Shown piece after piece: positions 37,518-43,660 of a DNA stretch of 43,660 bases. The stretch is from a bacterium. GTDB lineage: Bacteria > Hinthialibacterota > Hinthialibacteria > Hinthialibacterales > Hinthialibacteraceae. The translations under genes were made by a program, and so were the position numbers. The notes beneath the pieces are model-generated. The model saw only the letters and a program-made list of their open reading frames with translations. It made no database searches and was not told where the DNA came from. Position 1 is the stretch's first letter. The number at the start of each line of letters is the position of its first letter. The DNA lies in contig JBHGBC010000035.1 in the NCBI GenBank assembly GCA_041946805.1, forward strand, positions 1 to 43,660, in the 5' to 3' direction.

Positions 37518-37714
37518 CCCTCTCCCTCTGGGAGAGGGCCAGGGTGAGGGAAAACCATCCATCATTGCGTTTACCTTCAGATTGACACTATATCCCCTCA
37601 AATCCTTTTTCCGTGTCATCTTTGCTGAATCCGCGTCATCCGTGGTTCAATCCGCTTACCAAAAACCTCTCTTTTCTGATCCCCTCTCCCTCTGGGAGAG
37701 GGCCAGGGTGAGGG
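37518..37714 (+). repeat. Two identical hairpin/G4 repeats
   Basis: CCCTCTCCCTCTGGGAGAGGGCCAGGGTGAGGG at 37518-37550 and 37682-37714. Confidence 0.92.
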
Positions 37715-38080
37715 AATTTTTTTTGGGGCGGACCTTGATGTCCGCCCGTTTAAATAAAGTGGATAGAACAATTTTTCCGCATCTGGTACGCACTCCCCGG
37801 ATGTACCTTTTAACTTCCTTCCTGTCGTCTCTTATTTTGTTCCATTTTTATCGTGGCATGTTGCATCGTGCCCAGACATCATGTTCGTCCTGATAGAACC
37901 GGGCGCCCTCCCCTCTCGAGAAGGGGGATAAAACGCACTCAACTTCCGAAAGTATCATAATATAAATAATATAGTACTGGCATGGGATTCCGTCATCGAG
38001 TCATCCGGTTCGGATCGGGACCAACAACTGATGAAGCACCCCATGCCCATCGGTGTATCCATTGCCTGAGCCAAGCCTTT

Positions 38081-38806
38081 ATGGAAGATTCGTATTCCCA
38101 ACCCCTGCTGCCGGGCAAACGCGTCCTGATCACCTCGGGACCGACCTTCGCCCCCCTCGACGCGGTCCGGTCGATCACCAACCGCTCCACCGGCCGTCTG
38201 GGATGCGCCATCGCGCAATCCCTCCTGAAACACGGCGCCCATGTGGTCTTCTTGGCGGGTGAAACCAGCCAGGTCCCGGAACCGGTTCCTCCGTCCGGAG
38301 AAAACCAACCAACCCTCCTCGTGGAACGCTTCGCCACCGTTCCGGACTTGAAACGGTTGATGCTCCATTGCCTTGCCGCTCAACGTTTCGATGCCGTGGT
38401 GATGGCCGCCGCGGTCCTCGATTATTACCCTGTCGAGAACGTAGTGGGGAAAAAACGCTCGGACGACGAGGAGTGGATCGTCCGCCTGCGGCGCGGCGAA
38501 AAAATCATCGAACAGATCAAGTCCTGGGCCCCGGATGTTTTCTTGGTCGGATTCAAACTGGAGTCGCTCATCGGTCCGGAGGAATTGATCACGCGCGCGG
38601 GCGATTTGCTGAAACGCGGCCGGGCGGACCTGGTGGTGGCTAACCGCCTGGAGGATATTGAAGCCAACCGCCACGTGGCTTGCCTGGTTGAGTCCGATCC
38701 GGCTGGCAAGGGCTTCCGTACTTCCGAGTTTCTCCATACTCGTGAAGCGATCGCGGACCATCTGGCCGCCCGCCTGGCGGAACGGCTTTCATCCAAAACC
38801 ATATAA
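38081..38806 (+). CDS. coaB: Phosphopantothenate-cysteine ligase (stand-alone)
   Basis: RVLITSGPT..PLDAVRSITNRSTG, AAAVLDY, LVGFKLE, DLVVAN. Start ATG 38081 chosen by domain boundary (ORF is open from 37982). Confidence 0.85.
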   Translation: MEDSYSQPLLPGKRVLITSGPTFAPLDAVRSITNRSTGRLGCAIAQSLLKHGAHVVFLAGETSQVPEPVPPSGENQPTLLVERFATVPDLKRLMLHCLAAQRFDAVVMAAAVLDYYPVENVVGKKRSDDEEWIVRLRRGEKIIEQIKSWAPDVFLVGFKLESLIGPEELITRAGDLLKRGRADLVVANRLEDIEANRHVACLVESDPAGKGFRTSEFLHTREAIADHLAARLAERLSSKTI

Positions 38807-38825
38807 ACACCCGGGGAGGCCGGGC

Positions 38826-39365
38826 ATGAACCTCGAATCGAAAAAAATCCTGGTGGGCGTGACCGGGGGAATCGCCGCCTACAAAACCGCCTATGTGGTG
38901 CGTCTACTCAAAAAATCCGGGGCGGAAGTGCGCGTGGTCCTGACCCGGTCCGCGGAACAATTCATCACCCCCCTGACCATGGCCGCCCTCTCCGAACATC
39001 CCGTGGGCATGGATCTGTTCGATCCCGCCGCCCGGCATGAAATCCAGCACATCCATTGGGCGGAATGGGCCGATCTGGCCCTGATCGCCCCCGCCACCGC
39101 CAATATCATCGGCAAGGCGGCCCATGGCATCGCCGACGACCTGCTTTCCAGCCTCATTCTCGCCCTCCAGTGCCCCGTGGTCTTCGCCCCGGCGATGCAC
39201 CACCAGATGTGGTCGCATCCCGCCGTCCAACGCAACTTGGAGATTTTGCGGGGATACGGGTACCAGATCATCGAACCCGCCGAGGGTGACCTGGCTTCCG
39301 GAGACGTGGGAATCGGCCGCCTGCGCGAACCAGAGGAAATTATAGAATTTTTAAAAATGTTATGA
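38826..39365 (+). CDS. coaC: Phosphopantothenoylcysteine decarboxylase (stand-alone HFCD flavoprotein)
   Basis: SD GGGAGG, GVTGGIAAYK, HI.WA.WAD..LIAPATAN.IGK.AHGIADD, PAM...MW, G.GRL.EPEEI. Confidence 0.92.
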   Translation: MNLESKKILVGVTGGIAAYKTAYVVRLLKKSGAEVRVVLTRSAEQFITPLTMAALSEHPVGMDLFDPAARHEIQHIHWAEWADLALIAPATANIIGKAAHGIADDLLSSLILALQCPVVFAPAMHHQMWSHPAVQRNLEILRGYGYQIIEPAEGDLASGDVGIGRLREPEEIIEFLKML

Positions 39366-39470
39366 TTGAAAATAATCTATCCTGATCCTTCGCAAGGTCC
39401 GGTGTAAGGCGGTTAATAGCCAGGAGGAACGCGGGAATGACTTGTGGAGGCGGCCGAGCCGGCGGAGATT

Positions 39471-39635
39471 CTATTTCTTCTTATACTCCGGGCATTGCAG
39501 GGCATTGGGGCGTTCCGGCCGCGTGCACACGTTGCCGTAATTCAACTTGCAGGAATCGCACAGAAAAGCGTTGCCTTTCATGATCGACTTGGCGCGGGAT
39601 ATCCAGGTCTTCCACTTCGTCTTGAAATCGCGCAT
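39471..39635 (-). CDS. Small basic Cys-rich protein (54 aa)
   Basis: SD AAAGGA before ATG 39635. CDSC-x7-C-x10-C pattern (CDSCKLNYGNVCTRPERPNALQCPEY). Confidence 0.65.
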   Translation of the reverse strand: MRDFKTKWKTWISRAKSIMKGNAFLCDSCKLNYGNVCTRPERPNALQCPEYKKK

Positions 39636-39807
39636 CTGCGTTTCCTTTCTCCACACTCTCGCCCTGTCCTCGGCATTATACTTCTTCACTATAAGATATC
39701 GATGGAACGATGATCAATGCCGGCTGAGATCTTGTCTTCTAAGATGACAGGATATATGGGTCATCCGATAAGTGCGTACATTTTTCCGGGAGCTTGTTTG
39801 CCCCCTG

Positions 39808-39920
39808 GTGATGCCGGCATCTTGCCTGCACATTTTTATAAACCTCACCCATTGCCCAGGGTTTCAACCCTGGGCGTTTCTTTAACCTGGGGTAAAATCC
39901 CTGGCGTAAAACCCCTGGCC
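39808..39920 (+). repeat. Repeat family B deleted copy + REP hairpin with reiterated CCCTGG arms
   Basis: GGCATCTTGCCTGC...ACCTCACCCAT fused directly to GCCCAGGGTTTCAACCCTGGGC. Confidence 0.75.
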
Positions 39921-39951
39921 GCACTTCCTGAAAAAAAATTTCATTTTCCTA

Positions 39952-39979
39952 TAGCCAAGCGATGAAATGTGTGTATAAT
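39952..39979 (+). promoter_or_regulatory. Putative sigma70 promoter of the cold-shock gene (long 5' UTR)
   Basis: TAGCCA-N16-TATAAT about 135 bp upstream of the ATG. Confidence 0.5.
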
Positions 39980-40113
39980 ATCCGTTCGTATCATCCCGAG
40001 TACTGGATTACCGAGAGTGCCGCACAAAAACCGTAGTCGTTGTACAGGTCTTTGGAAGCACCGGAAGTACCAGACTATGAGGGGTGCAATCCAATAAAAA
40101 GGAGATCTGTACA

Positions 40114-40317
40114 ATGGCGACAGGTCGCGTAAAGTGGTTCAACGAACAAAAAGGGTATGGATTCATCGAGCAGGAAAACGGCAAGGATGTCTTCGTGCAT
40201 CATACCGGTATCAAGGGCGAAGGTTTCAAGAACCTGCATGAAGGCCAAAGCGTCCAGTTCGATATCGAACAAGGCGAAAAAGGCCCGAAAGCGGTCAACG
40301 TAATCAACGTCTCCTAA
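40114..40317 (+). CDS. cspA: Cold-shock protein
   Basis: SD AAGGAG, GRVKWFN..KGYGFI (RNP1), DVFVH (RNP2), KGPKAVNV. Confidence 0.96.
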   Translation: MATGRVKWFNEQKGYGFIEQENGKDVFVHHTGIKGEGFKNLHEGQSVQFDIEQGEKGPKAVNVINVS

Positions 40318-40351
40318 TACGCTTCCGGTAAAAAAAATCGTAGAACCAATG

Positions 40352-40388
40352 AGCAGCCCATCTGCAAAGGTGGGCTGTTTTCTTTTTT
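40352..40388 (+). terminator. Intrinsic terminator
   Basis: AGCAGCCCATCT-GCAA-AGGTGGGCTGTT followed by a T-tract. Confidence 0.85.
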
Positions 40389-40458
40389 AGATTCATCCGG
40401 TAATCCGATAAAGTGATCTGTATTCAATTGATGAAAACTGAAAGAACCACCCTAACTT

Positions 40459-40628
40459 CCCTCTCCCTCCGGGAGAGGGTCAAGGTGAGGGTATTTTGTG
40501 GTGCGGTCATCCTGCCTGCGCGTTTCCTTCCCCGAAGCTCGAAAGTAGATGCGGATGGATTAGTATGATGCGCGTAACCCATCACGCTAATTATTCCCTC
40601 TCCCTCCGGGAGAAGGATTGGGTTAGGG
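40459..40628 (+). repeat. Two degenerate hairpin/G4 repeats with intervening REP-like palindromes
   Basis: 40459-40491 and 40596-40628. TGTGGTGCGGTCATCCTGCCTGC at ~40497 resembles family B. Confidence 0.8.
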
Positions 40629-40779
40629 AAATTCATGAAATCCCCGTCAGCCGCCTTCTTTCTCATCCTGCTCCTCTGGTTATCCAATCCCTGGTTAATC
40701 CTCTTTTTTTGCGGCTCCCTCCCTATTTTAGAGGCCTTCTATACGGATTTCTTGTTCCCATTCCTCCCAGGAGACAATC

Positions 40780-41244
40780 ATGCCCACGGACTCCGCCTCC
40801 TTCGGTCTGCAAGTGATTGAACACCTTCAACAAACCATCGATGAAATGGTCCGTCAACTGCATCGCCAAAACGACTGGCTCAATCCCCGCGTCCAATCCC
40901 TCGCGCGCCTGTATCTGGCCACTCTGCGGCAGTACCTGCATTGGTCCAGGATCGTCAATTCATCCGCGGAATCGCCGGCCGCCCCTCGCCCGCAAAAGCG
41001 AAAGACTGCCCCCCTCTCCAACGCGGCATTCCCCGAAGCCCTGAAATCCACTCCTGACAATGCGCCCCATGTGAACCCGAAGCTTGCCCGGATCACTCCC
41101 GCATCCCCGACCGTCCAGTCCTCGCCCTTTCCCGCTCCCGGCCTGCTGCGCTCCGTCCCACAACTGGACTTCTCCGGCGTAACCTCACTCGAATCTTCAC
41201 CCATCCCCGGATCGCTTCCCGGAAAACAATGCCGGACGGGCTGA
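40780..41244 (+). CDS. Hypothetical protein (helical N-terminus, Pro/Ser-rich tail)
   Basis: SD AGGAGA 5 nt before ATG. Fills an otherwise empty gap. Confidence 0.5.
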   Translation: MPTDSASFGLQVIEHLQQTIDEMVRQLHRQNDWLNPRVQSLARLYLATLRQYLHWSRIVNSSAESPAAPRPQKRKTAPLSNAAFPEALKSTPDNAPHVNPKLARITPASPTVQSSPFPAPGLLRSVPQLDFSGVTSLESSPIPGSLPGKQCRTG

Positions 41245-41334
41245 GGATTCGAAATGGTGAGTTTCACACTCCCCGCGCGCCATGATCCGCCCGCGGCGGG
41301 AAAGCCTGGTTTCCGCCCGGACGCTCGTTCCGCC

Positions 41335-42003
41335 TCACGGCTCCTCTTCCATCCGGATTCCCAATATCAGGTACTTCGGCGCGCCCAGGGCGGGACTGAC
41401 CGCGGGAGACCGGATGGGGGACGTGGACATCGTGTTGGAACTCACCCGGCCCTGCGCGTTGACCCGGATGGGCACTCCCCCGAACGCTTCCCACCGCCGG
41501 GGCGCCAGGATCAGGGCCGACGCGGCGATCGGAAAGACCGGCGAGTGGCTCCCTTCCTTCTCCTGGTACGACACCACGCTCGGCGGGACGCCCACATAGA
41601 CCTTGGTCTTCGAGTCCTCCTCCGCACTCATTTGGTACAATTCCACTTTCACGCGCAGCCGGCCGTCTTGCGTCACGCCCTTGGAAATCACCCGCAGGTA
41701 ATGTTCCGGAAACACCAGGGCGGTGGCCTCTTCCTCGCCGAACAGGATCAGGCGGATCACGTTGGTCCGTTCATAGAAGGGATATTGAAAATTTTCCAAA
41801 AGCGTTTCTTTCATATCGCGCAATTCGTCGGCGAGGTCTCCCTGAATTCCTGTGGACGAACCGAAAATCACCCGCACTTGCAACGCGAAAACCCGCTCTC
41901 CCGCCGTCTCCGGAGGGGATTTCTCCGATCCCTCCGCTTGGCATAGCAAGCCGGTCAGTAAAAACAGGCATCCATACGTTGGGAGCATTCCTCGTCGCAT
42001 CAT
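41335..42003 (-). CDS. Hypothetical exported protein
   Basis: SD AGGAGG, signal-peptide-like N-terminus, coding-like codon usage. Confidence 0.7.
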   Translation of the reverse strand: MMRRGMLPTYGCLFLLTGLLCQAEGSEKSPPETAGERVFALQVRVIFGSSTGIQGDLADELRDMKETLLENFQYPFYERTNVIRLILFGEEEATALVFPEHYLRVISKGVTQDGRLRVKVELYQMSAEEDSKTKVYVGVPPSVVSYQEKEGSHSPVFPIAASALILAPRRWEAFGGVPIRVNAQGRVSSNTMSTSPIRSPAVSPALGAPKYLILGIRMEEEP

Positions 42004-42214
42004 GACGGCGCCTCCTGGATTTCTTGTGGTTGTTTCTCTATTTTATTTCTATTTATTACATTCATCCCTACAATCGCTTCTCCAACTGAATACAATTGAC
42101 TCGAATGGAATTTGGATTACATTGTTTCATATTCGATTTCCCATTCCTGGAGCGCCGCAAAACAGACACCTAAACGGGATGGGATTTCAGACCCTCAAAG
42201 AACGGATATCCCAC

Positions 42215-42820
42215 ATGATGAAACGTCACTCCGCCGTATACGCTTTTACGCTGATCGAACTATTGATTGTCGTGGCCATTATCGGCATTCTGGCGGCCAT
42301 CGCGGTGCCTAACTTTATGAACGCCCAAATCCGCGCCAAGATCGCCCGGGTGCAATCGGATCAGAAAGCCTATTCGACGGCCATGGACATGTACCAGATG
42401 GACAACAACAATCACTTCCCTCTCGGGGATGAGATCTGGCGCATTACCACCCCGGTCGCCTACATCGCCGGTTTGAATCCCGATCCCTTCGCCCCCGCCA
42501 TCCCCGGCCGGTTCAACTTCATCCATCTGTATGATCCCTTTTACTTTATCACCACGCAGCCCGACCCGGATGTCCTCAATACTAGTTTGCTCGGCGACTT
42601 CAACATCTATACCGGCTATCCCAATCACTGGACAGGAGGCCAGGACGACACGACCTTTGCCGGAACGGTCCGTTACCAGGTCCGCAGTATCGGCCCCAAC
42701 CGGTACAACGAATACGGCATGCGCTATGACGCAACCAACGGCCTGGTTAGCAACGGCGATATCAATCGCTTCGGCCCGGGTAACATCGACCGCCCCTACG
42801 GCGGCTTCCCCGGCGCGTAA
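42215..42820 (+). CDS. Prepilin-type N-terminal methylation (pseudopilin/GspG-like) protein
   Basis: MMKRHSAVYA|FTLIELLIVVAIIGILAAIAVPNF, ITTPVAYI, SIGPN, YDATNGLVSNGDI. Start reassigned to 42215. Confidence 0.9.
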   Translation: MMKRHSAVYAFTLIELLIVVAIIGILAAIAVPNFMNAQIRAKIARVQSDQKAYSTAMDMYQMDNNNHFPLGDEIWRITTPVAYIAGLNPDPFAPAIPGRFNFIHLYDPFYFITTQPDPDVLNTSLLGDFNIYTGYPNHWTGGQDDTTFAGTVRYQVRSIGPNRYNEYGMRYDATNGLVSNGDINRFGPGNIDRPYGGFPGA

Positions 42821-42888
42821 ACCGCTGAATTGATGAATCCGGTTCATCCGGCAACTTTCAGCGGGATGGATACGCTCCTCTCTCGCCA

Positions 42889-43061
42889 CCCCTCACTCAT
42901 ACTCCCTCACCCAAACCCTCTCCCTCTGGGAAAGGATTAGGTTGAGGGAAGGCCTTTCGGTATGCGTTTACCTCTCAATAAATCATAAACCCTGGTTTAT
43001 CAATAAGTTAGATCTCCTATAGGGGATGGCTTCCATGCAGCCCGGAGTTTCAGCTTTGGGC
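42889..43061 (+). repeat. Degenerate third copy of the composite intergenic element, with IHF-consensus site
   Basis: Hairpin repeat at 42904-42948, TATCAA-TAAG-TTA at 42998-43010, decayed REP hairpins at 43013-43061. Confidence 0.65.
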
Positions 43062-43273
43062 TGATGCCAGGCTAGGGCCACATGTGTGTTGCCCCGGATT
43101 TTACCCGGGAAAACCGCCTATATCCACTTAAGTTGATAATCAACATATATTTACGCCTTACTGCGACTTTTCTCGATAATATTTATGCATTTTATATACT
43201 TTTGCTGTATAATCTCCACCATTCATCCGCATCCTGGATTTCCCCCGCCAACCGCTGTAAAGGAGCATTCCTT

Positions 43274-43660
43274 ATGTACACTCCCTCTGTATTCCCAACA
43301 AGAATTCGTACCATATGTGTTTGGGGATGGTTATTGGCCGGGATGGCGGTTTCTCCCTCCGCGCATGAGTTCGACACCAGCTTCATCTCCCTCACCGGGA
43401 TCGGCAGCCAGAGTACTTTCTCCATTCTGGACCGCGGCGGATGCACGGCCGTCACCTTTATCGAAATCGGCGATCCCAATGTCATTTCCGTCGATCCAAT
43501 GTCCACCGGCCCCGTGGTCACTCAAACCTACACCGTAACCGCCAAGCAGGAAGGATCCACCATCATCGCCATCTCCTGGCAGGGCAACACCGAACTCTGC
43601 ACGGAAGTGGGATCGCACATCATCGAGGTCATGGTCGAAGTCCCCAGCTCGGCGCCCACG
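43274..43660 (+). CDS. Partial secreted protein (runs off window), beta-rich/Ig-like N-terminal domain
   Basis: Absent from the ORF track. SD AAGGAG, ATG 43274, MYTPSVFPTRIRTICVWGWLLAGMAVSPSA|HEFD..., open for 129 codons to the window end. TATAAT at ~43208. Confidence 0.75.
   Translation, partial: MYTPSVFPTRIRTICVWGWLLAGMAVSPSAHEFDTSFISLTGIGSQSTFSILDRGGCTAVTFIEIGDPNVISVDPMSTGPVVTQTYTVTAKQEGSTIIAISWQGNTELCTEVGSHIIEVMVEVPSSAPT

Noticed and set aside
19790..42948. Repeats as a CRISPR array or integron attC sites
   Set aside because: Copies are scattered at irregular distances in intergenic gaps of housekeeping genes. There are no regular spacers, cas genes, integrase or RYYYAAC/GTTRRRY ends.
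1..43660. tRNA, rRNA, IS transposase or prophage genes
   Set aside because: No cloverleaf, rRNA-like segment, DDE/HUH transposase or phage gene was recognised by eye. A tRNAscan/Infernal run would be needed to exclude small RNAs.

Overview
GC-rich bacterial genomic DNA from a diderm organism. The pilin-like protein and a C-terminal 'TGIFDFRMY' tail point to the Hinthialibacterota(OLB16)/Sumerlaeota neighbourhood, which is inference. The left ~18 kb (1973-19612) is a divergent locus around an AT-rich spacer. Its leftward arm encodes a membrane-anchored, cytochrome-b-like/pentaheme/TPR protein and a CRTAC1(ASPIC-UnbV) lipoprotein. Its rightward arm encodes a large Rid/FkbO-like protein, a full-length hydrazine synthase alpha (HzsA)-like protein, a second CRTAC1 protein, and a decaheme fusion (2x c554-type tetraheme + YVTN propeller + HzsC/MauG-like diheme). 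These are followed by a Reg_prop propeller protein and two orphan LivJ-type binding proteins split by an antisense DUF433/DUF5615 toxin-antitoxin pair. The locus mirrors the anammox hydrazine synthase cluster and its electron-transfer module, but key active-site residues appear changed, so it is a candidate periplasmic heme enzyme system of unknown chemistry. The rest is mostly housekeeping or accessory: hbd, a CBM9+glycoside-hydrolase-like gene, recD2, a GT4 glycosyltransferase, three Hsp20 genes behind a sigma54/IHF-type promoter, a glcD-like oxidase, trpE/trpG, a porin, an FG-GAP protein, split coaB/coaC, a cold-shock gene, a pilin-like gene and hypotheticals. Intergenic spaces carry several REP-like families, including a co-oriented hairpin/G-quadruplex repeat. 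No rRNA, tRNA, CRISPR array or transposase was seen. Family assignments come from motif recognition and recalled reference sequences, not database searches.
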